Positions 1 to 9,438 of a DNA stretch of 64,000 bases are shown piece after piece. Under the pieces are notes generated by a model, which worked only from the letters and a program-made list of their open reading frames with translations, did not search any database and was not told where the DNA came from. Source of the DNA: an uncultured delta proteobacterium (GTDB lineage Bacteria; Myxococcota_A; Polyangia; Polyangiales; JAFGIB01); assembly GCA_963778655.1 (NCBI GenBank), contig CAVZVA010000005.1, forward strand, positions 704,001-768,000, written 5' to 3'. Both the position numbers and the translations under genes were made by a program. Numbering within the stretch: the stretch's first letter is position 1; each line of letters opens with the position of its first letter.

Positions 1-3000
1 GGGCGCGCACCTCGCCTGCCGCGTCGGCCTGCGCCAGGTGGTGGGCGGCGAGCTCGAGCAGCGCGGCCTCGCGCTGAGCGTCGGGCACGAATGCGACCAG
101 CAGCTCCAGCGCAGCGGTGAGCAGGTGCGGCGCGCCCGCGCGGCGCGCGAGCTGCGCGCTGCGATCGGCCAGCTCCGGGTCGCGCAGACCCTGCTCTTCG
201 GCGATCCGCTGCGCGAGCAAGCAAGCGGCTTCCTGCGCATCCAGGGCGTCGAGGCGATCGAGCGCGACACGCGCCGCGTCGAGCACCTCTGGCACCGGCA
301 TCGCGTTGATCGCGGCGTCGGCGGCCGCGAGCAGGCTCTCGGCGTCGCCCTGGTCGGCCCGCATCAGCACGCGCGCGCGGTGCGCGGCGGCGTCACTGGG
401 CAGCACTTCGACCCAGCGCTCGACGCTGGCGCGCAGCGCGGCGCGGTCGCCGCACGCCTGGGCAGCCTGGGTCTGCAGCACCAGCACCGAGCGCGAGGGG
501 CCGCACAGCTCGGCCAGCGCCTGCAGGCCCGAGAGCGCGAGCGCGGGCTCGACGTGATGGGCGTGACGCAACAGCACCAGGCCGGCATCGGCCGCGCTCG
601 GGTCGTCGCGCAGCGCGGCGACCGCGTGCGCCGCCGCCTGGTCGTGCTGGCCGACCAGCTCTTCGGTGCGCGCGAGCTGGGCCAGGAGTCGGCCGCGCTC
701 CGGGCCCGGCGAGGCGATCCCGACGCGCAGCGCCAGCGCACGTGCAAGGCGCCTCGGATCGCCGAGCCGGCGTGCGGCGCGCTCCAGCCGCGCGATCGCG
801 ATGCGCGAGCCGGGCTCGAGCGCGAGCAGGGTCTCGCACACCGCCGCCACGGCCGCGGCGTCTTCGCGCACGGTGTGGACCTCGGCCAGGCGCGAGAGCA
901 GGCGCACGCGCTCACTGCGGTCGCGGCTCAGCTCGGACTGGTCCTCGAGAAATGTGGCCAGGGCGATCACGTCGCGCGTCAGCCCCAGCAGCGTTTCCAG
1001 CTCGGCGCGCGGGGCTTCGGGCGCCGCGCCGAGCGCCAGCGCCTCGCGCAGCAGCTGGATCTTGCGCGGCCACTTGTCCGGCAGATCGGGCAGCAGGCCG
1101 GCGACCTCCAGGCAGCGCTCCGCGCGTTGCTCGGGTCGCGCCTGCTCGAGCGCGCGCTCCGCGGCTTCCAGCTCGACCCGGCGTGCCTCGATGCGAGCGC
1201 CCAGCTCCGCAAGTTGCGCGGAGGCTTGCTGCGAGGGGCTGCCGCCGCGCAGGCGTTCGAGCTGGGCACGCGCCGCGAACGCGAGCTGCGCATTCGCGAG
1301 GCGGCCTTCGGCCAGCTCGGCCAGCTCGGCCAGCAGTGCCTCGGCACGCCGCGGATCCTCGTCGAAGCAGGCCGCGATCGCCACCCGCAAGCCGTGCGCG
1401 AGCAGCGACAGCCCGCGCGTCCCGCGCGCGTGGGTGCGCAGCGCTTCGAGCGCGCCGGACTCGCCCGGTGCGGCCAGCAGCGCTTCGAACAGCAGCCACA
1501 GTGCGGCCTCGTGCTGGCCCTCCGCGTGCAGCATGGCCTGGCCCGCCAGCGTCAACCAGTGCGCACGCTGCTCCTCGGCACACGCGGTCGCCAGATCCTC
1601 GAGCAGCGTCGCGCGATACTCGCGCGAGGCGGTCGTGGCCAGATCCTCTTCTAGCGGCGCGTACAACAGATCGAAGTGGGGCTCGGCGTCGAAAGCGTCG
1701 GCGAGTAGCTCGGCGGCGAGCTCGAGCCGGCCCGCCGTCTCGGCCCGCTCGGCCGCCGCGAGCCGTAGCTTGCGCCGCTGTTCGGCGCTGTTGCAGCGCT
1801 GCGCGGTGTCGGAGAGGATCGCGACCGCACCGGGCCGCAGACCGCGGGCGTCGAGCAGCGAAGCGTATTCGTAGGTCGTCGGTACATCGCTGGGCTTGAG
1901 CGTCCAGGCCCACGCCAGCAGCGCCAGGGCGCGCTCGGGGGCCTCGTCCTGCATCGCCGCCGCGGCCAGACGCGCGTGCGCGTTCGCGCCGTCGACCAGC
2001 CCGCGCTCCAGCAGCAGCGCGGCGACCTGCTCGTGGGGCTGCGGGTTGTCGGGATCGTCTGCGGCCGCTTCGCACAGTGCCTCGATGCAGGCGTCGAGGT
2101 GGCCGGCCGAGCGTTCGATGCGCGCGCGCAGGCGCTGCGCCGCCCCGCGCTCGATCGGGATGCCGGCGGCGGCGACAGCGCCGGCGGCGTAGCGCACGGC
2201 CAGGTCGTGATCGCCGAGATCGTGGCAGTGCAACGCTGCCTGCTGCAGCATCGAAGTGTCACTGGGATCGGCCGCGGCCGCTTCCCTGAATGCGCGGCAA
2301 GCTCGCTCGAGCGAGCCGAAGCGGGCACGCCAGACATCGGCCAGCGCGGTGAACGCGCGCGCGCGCTCTGGCCCGGTCGCGCCCTTGGCTTCCAGCTCCG
2401 CGATGTGCTGCTCGAGCGGCAGCAGCGGATCGACCAAGGGTGCGGCGGCCGGCGGCAGCTCAGGCAGCGGCGTGGGCTCGAGCGGCTCGGCGCCGGCGTG
2501 CGCCTGACCCGGATCGAGGCGCATGCGCGGCGGTCGAATCGAGGCCACGGCGGAGAGAGGGTCGGCTGGTGAGATGCTTTCCGCGCGCACCAGCTCGGGG
2601 ATCCGCGGCGCGGGCTGGGGTAGGGTGTCGGGTGGCGGAGGCACCGAGGGTACGGCCACGCCGGGCGGATCGAGACGGATCACGCCGGCGCGCAGCAGGG
2701 CGGCGATGCGCGGCGCGGCCGCAGGCCGCTTGGCCAGGACGGTCGAGACCGCGGGACGCGCCGGCACATCGCCGAAGTCGGCCCACGCGCGCGCGCGGTC
2801 CGCGTGCGGACCGGGCAGCCAGTCCAGGCGGTGATTGAGGTGCGATCCGATCACGCCGGCGTCGGCGGATGCTGCCGCGCGCGCCTGCGCGTCCAGCAAC
2901 AGTGGCGCGAGCGCGAGCGGGGCCAAACCGTCCGCCGGCGCGACGTCGTCGGGCTCGAGCAGCGGCGGTTGCTCGCCTTGCTCAGCTGCGGCGCGCAGGC

Positions 3001-3334
3001 CCCGGGTCAAACAATTGAGCAGCAGCGCGCGGCGTGCGCGCTCGAGCTCGGCCGCGCTCAGCACCCCGTGGTCGACCAGCAGATCCAAGGCGCTTGCCCG
3101 CTCGCGGCTGGCCGCGAGCTCGTAGCGAGCCAGCACGCTCTCTGCGACGCGGTTCGAGCGGGTCAAGAAGCGTTCGAGCGAGTCATCCTGCATCGCGGGC
3201 AGCACGTCTCCGACCTGCCCTTCGCACAACACCAGCGTGCGGCCGCCGAACGCGACGCGGCCGCTGGCCCGCTCGGCGGCGAGCTGGAGCAGGCCGTGGG
3301 CGAGCGCGCTGCGGTTCAGGAGCGGGCTGCCCAT
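1..3334 (-). CDS. Large TPR/helical-repeat protein (>1110 aa, 3' end outside window) with N-terminal DUF4388/PatA-like domain and Pro-rich linker
   Basis: Not in ORF track (no stop in window). Manual translation from ATG at 3334: MGSPLLNRSALAHGLLQLAAERASGRVAFGGRTLVLCEGQVGDV..., then PPGVAVPSVPPPP linker, then TPR-like helices (RACRAFREAAAADPSDTSMLQQAA; DACIEALCEAAADDPDNPQPHEQVAALL). Frame is open to position 2. Confidence 0.8.
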   Translation of the reverse strand, partial: MGSPLLNRSALAHGLLQLAAERASGRVAFGGRTLVLCEGQVGDVLPAMQDDSLERFLTRSNRVAESVLARYELAASRERASALDLLVDHGVLSAAELERARRALLLNCLTRGLRAAAEQGEQPPLLEPDDVAPADGLAPLALAPLLLDAQARAAASADAGVIGSHLNHRLDWLPGPHADRARAWADFGDVPARPAVSTVLAKRPAAAPRIAALLRAGVIRLDPPGVAVPSVPPPPDTLPQPAPRIPELVRAESISPADPLSAVASIRPPRMRLDPGQAHAGAEPLEPTPLPELPPAAAPLVDPLLPLEQHIAELEAKGATGPERARAFTALADVWRARFGSLERACRAFREAAAADPSDTSMLQQAALHCHDLGDHDLAVRYAAGAVAAAGIPIERGAAQRLRARIERSAGHLDACIEALCEAAADDPDNPQPHEQVAALLLERGLVDGANAHARLAAAAMQDEAPERALALLAWAWTLKPSDVPTTYEYASLLDARGLRPGAVAILSDTAQRCNSAEQRRKLRLAAAERAETAGRLELAAELLADAFDAEPHFDLLYAPLEEDLATTASREYRATLLEDLATACAEEQRAHWLTLAGQAMLHAEGQHEAALWLLFEALLAAPGESGALEALRTHARGTRGLSLLAHGLRVAIAACFDEDPRRAEALLAELAELAEGRLANAQLAFAARAQLERLRGGSPSQQASAQLAELGARIEARRVELEAAERALEQARPEQRAERCLEVAGLLPDLPDKWPRKIQLLREALALGAAPEAPRAELETLLGLTRDVIALATFLEDQSELSRDRSERVRLLSRLAEVHTVREDAAAVAAVCETLLALEPGSRIAIARLERAARRLGDPRRLARALALRVGIASPGPERGRLLAQLARTEELVGQHDQAAAHAVAALRDDPSAADAGLVLLRHAHHVEPALALSGLQALAELCGPSRSVLVLQTQAAQACGDRAALRASVERWVEVLPSDAAAHRARVLMRADQGDAESLLAAADAAINAMPVPEVLDAARVALDRLDALDAQEAACLLAQRIAEEQGLRDPELADRSAQLARRAGAPHLLTAALELLVAFVPDAQREAALLELAAHHLAQADAAGEVRA

Positions 3335-3542
3335 CGGCTGTCTCGAGCGGGGCTCGCACCGCCGCGCCCCGCGCCGAGCTGCCCAGGCGCGCGCCAATCG
3401 CGGTCACGGCGTAGAGGCCGTCGCAGCCTGCAGCCTACCCCCGGGAAGCGTCGCAACACCCCTGCAGGATATCAGCCCGGGCGCCAATTCCCCAGGCGTG
3501 TGGGGTCGCTGGCCGGGGCGCAGCCGGGCCCCGGCCGCGCCT

Positions 3543-5276
3543 TCAGCGCAGAGACAGCGTGAAGGGCAGCACCGCTGCCGGTGTGCCCTCACCCGACAGC
3601 AGCGTCTCGGCGATGCCCGGGCGCTGGGTCGCGTCCAGGCCGCTCGCGAGCAGGCTCTGCGCCCCGCCCCCGGAGGCCAGGCCGGCCACGGCCTGCAGCA
3701 GACCCGGGCGTTGGGGCCAGATCTCGATCGCGGCGTCGGGCGGCACGCCACCACGCTTGCGCGCGATCGCGAGCGCCGTCACCAGCCCGCCTTCGGCGTC
3801 GATCAGCCGTCCCTGGCGCGCGCGCCGCCCCGTCATCAGTCGGCCCTCCGCATAAGGCTCGATCTCGGGGGCCTTCAAGCCTCTGCCTTCGGCGATGCGG
3901 CTGACGAACAGCGCATAGCCTTGCCGCAACATGCGATCGAAGCGCGCGCGCTCTTCGTCGCTGAAGGGCTGCGTCGGGCTCTCCCAGCCCGCGTGCTTGC
4001 CGCGTGCCAGCCGCTGAAAGTGTACGCCGATGCGATCTGTCAAGTCGCGGAACACCAGCTTGCCTCCGACCACGCCGATCGATCCGACCAAGCTCTCGTC
4101 CGGCGCGACGATCTGGCTGCCGGCCGAGGCCACGTAGTATCCGCCCGAGGCGCACAGATCGCCGATCGAGACGATCACCGGTTTGCGTTTAGCCACACGG
4201 CGCACCGCGTGCCACATCAGATCGGCGGCCAGCGCCGATCCGCCCGGGGAGTTGATGCGCAGCACCACCGCTTTCACGTTCGCGTCGTCGGCCAGGGCAC
4301 GCATCTTCGGCACGAACGCTTCGGCGTGGGCGCCGCGGAAGCTGCCCGGGGAGCCACGCAGGATCGTGCCCTCGAGCACGGCCAGCACCACCCGCTTGCC
4401 GCTGGGCTGGCTCGCCGCGCCGCCGCCTTTGAGCGCGCGCAGCAGATCGCCCAGGCCGATCGATTCGTGCGCGGGGCGTAGCTGCTCCTTGACCACGCGC
4501 GCGGCGTGCGCCTCGCTCTTGGCCACCGCGCGCGCCGCATCGTCGAACTCCACGGCGTCGACCAGACCTGCGGCCCGGGCGTCGTCGGCGCTGAAGGGAC
4601 CCTGGTCGACCAGGGCCTGGGCGCGCGCGGGATCGAGGTGCCGGCCCTGCACCAGCGCGGAGAGCAGGCGCGCCTGCAGCTCGTCGAGCACGGCGTTCAT
4701 GGTCTGCTGCACTTCGGGTGGCATGTCGTCGCGCGTCAGTGGATCGCCGGCTCCCTTGTACTTGCCGATCTGCACCACGTCGGCCTCGAGCCCGAGGTTC
4801 TGCAGCAGGCTGTGCGCGTACAGCGCCTCGGCCGAGACGCCGACCAGGTTCAGCATCCCCGCCGGTGTCATGCTGATGCGGTCGCAGCTGCGTGCCAGCA
4901 GCGCATAGCCCAGGTTGTCGGTCGTCTCGAAGTGGCAATGGACTTTCTTGCCGCGCTTGCGGATGGAGGCCAGGGCGTCGCGTAGGTCGGCCACGCGTCC
5001 CCACGCTCCGCCCATCTCGCCGATCGTGAGCAGCACACCCGAGACCTGGTGATCGGCGGCGATGCTGTAGAGGCGCCGCAACAGGCCGTAGTGACTCGGC
5101 TGGGTGCCTCCGAGCAGGTCGTGCTCGGGCGACTCGGGCAGCGGCGCTTCGAGCCGGATCGTGCGCAGCTCGCTGCCAGCTTTCGCGGGCTGGTTGCCGC
5201 CGCAGGCGGCGAGCAAGGCGCACAGCGCGAGCAGGTACGCGCGCAAGCGCGGCGGATCGAGGCGCAGGCTTCGCAT
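3543..5276 (-). CDS. sppA: Signal peptide peptidase SppA (protease IV, two-domain S49 type), probable lipoprotein
   Basis: KAVVLRINSPGGSALA, CASGGYY (catalytic Ser), GSIGVV, GKYKGAGD (catalytic Lys), AEGRLMTG; N-terminal LLAAC lipobox. Confidence 0.93.
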   Translation of the reverse strand: MRSLRLDPPRLRAYLLALCALLAACGGNQPAKAGSELRTIRLEAPLPESPEHDLLGGTQPSHYGLLRRLYSIAADHQVSGVLLTIGEMGGAWGRVADLRDALASIRKRGKKVHCHFETTDNLGYALLARSCDRISMTPAGMLNLVGVSAEALYAHSLLQNLGLEADVVQIGKYKGAGDPLTRDDMPPEVQQTMNAVLDELQARLLSALVQGRHLDPARAQALVDQGPFSADDARAAGLVDAVEFDDAARAVAKSEAHAARVVKEQLRPAHESIGLGDLLRALKGGGAASQPSGKRVVLAVLEGTILRGSPGSFRGAHAEAFVPKMRALADDANVKAVVLRINSPGGSALAADLMWHAVRRVAKRKPVIVSIGDLCASGGYYVASAGSQIVAPDESLVGSIGVVGGKLVFRDLTDRIGVHFQRLARGKHAGWESPTQPFSDEERARFDRMLRQGYALFVSRIAEGRGLKAPEIEPYAEGRLMTGRRARQGRLIDAEGGLVTALAIARKRGGVPPDAAIEIWPQRPGLLQAVAGLASGGGAQSLLASGLDATQRPGIAETLLSGEGTPAAVLPFTLSLR

Positions 5277-5450
5277 GGGCAGCTGCTGTACCCCGCCCCC
5301 GGCCCCCCGTCCACCACTCGGCTAGATTGCCTAGGGCCAGCGAATCTGCACAGATGAGTCAACGTTTGAGCACCGGAGCGCAGCGAACCACGGGGGAGGG
5401 TGGGACTCGTTGGGCTTTGGCAGCTCTCGTGGGTCTGAGGCGCAGCCACG

Positions 5451-7406
5451 CTAGCGACTCAGCTGTTCGGTCAGTAGCTCGCTCTGGCGCTGTGCGATCG
5501 AGCTGCGGACGCCCTTGGGGAAGCGGCGCAGGTAGGTTTGATAGGCGTCGAGCGCGTCCTTGCTCCGGCCGAGCCGGCGATAGGCGTCGCCCAGCCCGAT
5601 GAACGCCTCCGGGTGGCCGTCGCGTGCGGCCGGGCGGAAGTGGCTGATTGCGCGCTCTGGCTCGCTGCGCTCGAGCGCGACGTAACCGAGCCCCGTCTCC
5701 GCCCGCGGCATGTGCGGCGAGAGCTCGAGCGCCTGTTCGAAGCTGTGCTCGGCGGTCTGCACCGCTCCGCGCTCGAGCGAGGCTTCCCCGCGCCGCACCA
5801 GCTCGATCGGGCTGAGCTGCGGGGCGCTGGGGGCGGCCGGGGGCTGGCTGGCCTGGGGCGCGGCGTGTCCAGCTGCGCCTTGGGCGGGCCGCGGCGCGGG
5901 CGCCGCGATGGCCGCTGCCGGGGGCGGCGTCTTCGCGGCGCGCTCGGCGCGCTCGATCTCCGCGCCGAGCTCCGCGAGCAGCGGATGCTCAGGGTCGATC
6001 CTGCGCACCGCGTCCAGGTGCATGCGCGCGCCTACGATGTCGCCGTCGGCGAGCAAGCAGCGCAGCAGCAGGGCGCGCGCGCGGATCATGCTTGGATCCT
6101 GGGCCACCGCCTGCTCGGCCAGCGGGCGCGCCGCGCGCCAGTCGCCCTGCGCCTCGTCGCGCGCGAGCAGCGCCGCCACGCGCAGCGTTTCGGCCGCGGG
6201 CACGCCCTCGGTCGCGCGCGCGCGGTCGAGCTCGGCGCGTGCGCCCACCAGGTTGCCGTTCAGGCGCTGTGCGTCCGCGAGCGCGACGCTGGCCTCTTCG
6301 TTGCCCGGATTGCGCTGGGCCGCACGCTCGCCGTACAGCTTGGCCTGGGCCACCAGATCCCGCACCTGCGCGCGCAGCGCCCCGAGCTTGGCGCCGGGCC
6401 GGCCGCCCTCGGCCACAGCGGCGTCGAGGCGAAAGCGCAGCCACTGGCTCCACACCGCGTACACGCGCGAGATCGAGCTCAGAATGTGCGGGTCGTCCTT
6501 GGCGAGCGCGAGCGCCTTGTCGTACTCGCCAATCGCTTGATCGAAGCGATCGAGACGGTGCGCTGCGAGCAACTGGTCGCCGCGCAGCGAGAACACGCGC
6601 GCTGGCTCGACGTGGGGCGCGGGGTGCGGCGCGCGCAGCAGCATCGCCCCGCCCACGGCCGCGGCCAGCGCCAGCGGTACGCCGAGGAGAAACCAGAGCA
6701 GCGGACCGGGCGCGCGGCGCAGGTCGGGCCCCTGAGGGAGCTCGGGTGCGGGCTCGCGCGCCAGCAGCTGCGCCGGGGCGCTCGGCTCCGGCGCGCGCGC
6801 GTTGTCAGCCGCGGCGGCGGGCACCGGCGGCGGGGGGGAAACCGGAGTGCTCATGCCGGCTGCATCGAGCGGAGGTCGCGGTTGCGTACGTGCCGCCAGG
6901 TCGACTTCGTCGACCTGGCTCTGGAAACGGGGATTCGAAGCCGTGCGGCGCCGAGGCCGCTCCGGCGGGACCTCGCCGGTGGCCTCGACCGGGGTGGTTT
7001 GCGAGCTGGCCGGCTCGGCTACCAGCAGTGGGACCGGTGGCGGCTGGCTCATGCGGCGCACGCGCCGCAGCGGTTCGAACAACGACGAGAGCTCGGCGAT
7101 CTCGCCCAGCTTTCGCCACACCTGGCCGGTGCGAGAGATCTGGTCGTCGCGCTGGAACTGCCCGGCCCCGATCAGGCGGGTCAGCTCCGCCAGCGACTCC
7201 AGGCTATGGGTGCTGCCGTCGACCCGCTTCACGCGCCAGCGCAGCGCGCTTTCGGGCTCGGGCTCCTCGGGCGGCGGCGGGGATGCGGTGCGGTGGACCT
7301 TGAACAGGTGCCCGCACTGGGTGCACTTGACCGTGGTCCCCGTGGTCGAGATCAACCCCTCCTCGAACTCGTAGACGGTGCCGCATCGGTTACAGGTGAC
7401 GTCCAT
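5451..7406 (-). CDS. Zinc-ribbon (MJ0042-type) + GYF_2 domain membrane protein with C-terminal TPRs
   Basis: Start MDVTCNRCGTVY...VKCTQCGHLFKV (2 x CxxC); GYF_2-like WRVKRVDGSTHSLESLAELTRLIGAGQFQRDDQISRTGQVWRKLGEIAEL; TM LLWFLLGVPLALAAAVGGAMLL; TPRs to the end. An upstream in-frame ATG at 7454 is also possible. Confidence 0.85.
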   Translation of the reverse strand: MDVTCNRCGTVYEFEEGLISTTGTTVKCTQCGHLFKVHRTASPPPPEEPEPESALRWRVKRVDGSTHSLESLAELTRLIGAGQFQRDDQISRTGQVWRKLGEIAELSSLFEPLRRVRRMSQPPPVPLLVAEPASSQTTPVEATGEVPPERPRRRTASNPRFQSQVDEVDLAARTQPRPPLDAAGMSTPVSPPPPVPAAAADNARAPEPSAPAQLLAREPAPELPQGPDLRRAPGPLLWFLLGVPLALAAAVGGAMLLRAPHPAPHVEPARVFSLRGDQLLAAHRLDRFDQAIGEYDKALALAKDDPHILSSISRVYAVWSQWLRFRLDAAVAEGGRPGAKLGALRAQVRDLVAQAKLYGERAAQRNPGNEEASVALADAQRLNGNLVGARAELDRARATEGVPAAETLRVAALLARDEAQGDWRAARPLAEQAVAQDPSMIRARALLLRCLLADGDIVGARMHLDAVRRIDPEHPLLAELGAEIERAERAAKTPPPAAAIAAPAPRPAQGAAGHAAPQASQPPAAPSAPQLSPIELVRRGEASLERGAVQTAEHSFEQALELSPHMPRAETGLGYVALERSEPERAISHFRPAARDGHPEAFIGLGDAYRRLGRSKDALDAYQTYLRRFPKGVRSSIAQRQSELLTEQLSR

Positions 7407-7554
7407 GCAGTGGGACGGGACCGCCTCGCGAGCCGGCGGCAGCGACCCCGCCATGTCCGGGGAAAAACATCCTGCGACCTGGATTCCGTCTGGTCAATTC
7501 GCTAGATGGCGCAGGAACGCCGGGAGGGTGACACATGTTCTCATGTAGGTCACG

Positions 7555-8253
7555 ATGCCACCACAAGCCGGCCGCGGATTGAATGTGAACGGGGGCGAGC
7601 GCCAGCGCATCTGCCGAGCCATCGAGCACACGCTGCTCGCCGCGGGGGCCACGAGCGCCATGATCGACGCGCTGTGTGACCAGGCGCGCGCGCAGGACTT
7701 CGGCGCGGTCTGCGTGAACCCGGTGCAGGTCGCCCGCTGCAGGGCGCGGCTGCAGGGTTCCGGCGTGCGCGTGGTCAGCGTGGTCGGCTTTCCGCTGGGC
7801 GCGAGCCTCAGCCGTTGCAAGGCGCTGGAAGCCGAGCTGGCCGTGGCCGACGGGGCCGACGAGCTCGACATGGTGATGGCGATCGGCGCGGCCAAGGACG
7901 CAGCCTGGGCGGCGGTCGAGGCCGATGCACGGGCCGTGGTGTCGGCGGCGCAGGGCAGGGCGGTCAAGCTGATCGTGGAGACAGGGCTGCTCGACGAGCA
8001 GGAAAAACGTCGTGCGTGCGTCGCCGCGCTGAACGCAGGCGTGGCCTTCGTCAAGACTTGCAGCGGGTTCGCGCCGGGCGCTGCCAGCGTGGAGGACGTC
8101 ACGCTGCTCAGGCAGGCGCTCGGAGACGCGCTCGGCATCAAGGCCTCGGGCGGCATTCGCAGCGCGTCCGCTGCCCGCGCCCTGCTCGCCGCCGGCGCCA
8201 GCCGGCTCGGCACCAGCGCCTCCCTGGAGATCGCCGCGGAGCTTGCTCAGTAA
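7555..8253 (+). CDS. deoC: Deoxyribose-phosphate aldolase
   Basis: IEHTLL, FGAVCVNP, VVGFPLGA, GADELDMVM, VKLIVETGLL, FVKTCSGF (Schiff-base Lys), IKASGGIRS, GASRLGTS. True start may be slightly downstream. Confidence 0.95.
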   Translation: MPPQAGRGLNVNGGERQRICRAIEHTLLAAGATSAMIDALCDQARAQDFGAVCVNPVQVARCRARLQGSGVRVVSVVGFPLGASLSRCKALEAELAVADGADELDMVMAIGAAKDAAWAAVEADARAVVSAAQGRAVKLIVETGLLDEQEKRRACVAALNAGVAFVKTCSGFAPGAASVEDVTLLRQALGDALGIKASGGIRSASAARALLAAGASRLGTSASLEIAAELAQ

Positions 8254-8258
8254 CGGGA

Positions 8259-8716
8259 GGGGCACGCGCCCCTCCCGCCCCACCGGCGGAGCCGGTGGGG
8301 CCCCACCCACCCGCGGGGTTCGCTTCACTGCGTTGCGCTCACGCGCGGCCAGCGAGCTGTTTGCGTCGGGGCACGCGCCCCTCCCGCCCCACCGGCGGAG
8401 CCGTTGGGGCCCCACCCACCCGCGGGGTTCGCTTCACTGCGTTGCGCTCACGCGCGGCCAGCGAGCTGTTTGCGTCGGGGCACGCGCCCCTCCCGCCCCA
8501 CCGGCGGAGCCGTTGGGGCCCCACCCACCCGCGGGGTTCGCTTCACTGCGTTGCGCTCACGCGCGGCCAGCGAGCTGTTTGCGTCGGGGCACGCGCCCCT
8601 CCCGCCCCACCGGCGGAGCCGTTGGGGCCCCACCCACCCGCGGGGTTCGCTTCACTGCGTTGCGCTCACGCGCGGCCAGCGAGCTGTTTGCGTCGGGGCA
8701 CGCGCCCCTCCCGCCC
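8259..8716. repeat. Tandem array of four 109-bp units plus a 22-bp partial unit, hairpin-rich (REP/BIME-like)
   Basis: Units start at 8259, 8368, 8477, 8586 and 8695 (partial): GGGGCACGCGCCCCTCCCGCCCCACCGGCGGAGCCG[G/T]TGGGGCCCCACCCACCCGCGGGGTTCGCTTCACTGCGTTGCGCTCACGCGCGGCCAGCGAGCTGTTTGCGTC. Identical apart from one G/T difference; no unique spacers. Confidence 0.97.
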
Positions 8717-8793
8717 GGTGTGCTAGAGCGAGGGCGATCCCGCTCGCAAGCGCTATGCTTCGCCAGCAATCACGCCAAGGAGGCTCGACCGTC

Positions 8794-9438
8794 ATGCCCG
8801 TCGTGTCTGTGACCGAACAGGATTTCGAGCAAAGGGTACTGCGCTCGGAGCTGCCCGTACTGATCGACCTATATGCGGACTGGTGCCAGCCCTGCAAGCA
8901 GCTCGAGCCGATCCTGCACCAAATTGCCGACGAGCTGGAAGGCAAGCTGGCGGTGGTGCGGGTGGACGTCGACAAGAGCCCGATGCTGGCGCAGGCGTTT
9001 CGCGTGCAGTCGATTCCGATGCTGGTGCTGATCCACGAGGGCCGGCCGGTCGACCAGATCGTGGGGTTGGCCGACAAGAAGGCGATCATGGCGCTGGTGC
9101 AGCCGGTGCTGCCGCGCGCCGCCGACGAGGTGCCGCCGCGGGACCTCGCGCTGCTGCTGCAGCAACGGCGCGCGCAGGCGGTCGACGTGCGCGACGCATC
9201 CGTGTTCGCGCGCTACCGAATTCCCGGCGCGATTTCGATTCCCTCCGCGGAGCTGCTGCAGCGCGCCGCCGAGCTGCGGCCGAGCGACGGCCGCGTCCGG
9301 GTGCTGTACGGCCGCAGCACCGACGAGGCCAAGGAGTTGGCGGCCAAGCTGCGGGAGGTCGGCGTTCAGGTCGGCTACCTGGCGGGCGGCTTCTTGCACT
9401 GGGAGGCCGAGGGGCTGGACGTGGAGCGCGGCGGTTGA
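8794..9438 (+). CDS. trxA: Thioredoxin fused to a C-terminal rhodanese-like domain
   Basis: SD AAGGAGG at 8777-8783; PVLIDLYADWCQPCK, FRVQSIP; then AVDVRD...RIPGAISIP...YLAGGFLHW rhodanese fold. Confidence 0.9.
   Translation: MPVVSVTEQDFEQRVLRSELPVLIDLYADWCQPCKQLEPILHQIADELEGKLAVVRVDVDKSPMLAQAFRVQSIPMLVLIHEGRPVDQIVGLADKKAIMALVQPVLPRAADEVPPRDLALLLQQRRAQAVDVRDASVFARYRIPGAISIPSAELLQRAAELRPSDGRVRVLYGRSTDEAKELAAKLREVGVQVGYLAGGFLHWEAEGLDVERGG

Noticed and set aside
38..3562. Long plus-strand ORFs (38..1654, 666..1874, etc.) and similar R/A/P-rich ORFs throughout the window
   Set aside because: Antisense or off-frame shadows of real genes, expected in very GC-rich DNA.
8259..8716. CRISPR array
   Set aside because: Units are contiguous and identical with no unique spacers, 109 bp long, and no cas genes are in the window.
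8243..8812. ORFs translated through the repeat array, including the long N-extension of trxA
   Set aside because: The period is not a multiple of 3, the translations are low-information, and trxA has a clear SD and ATG at 8794.
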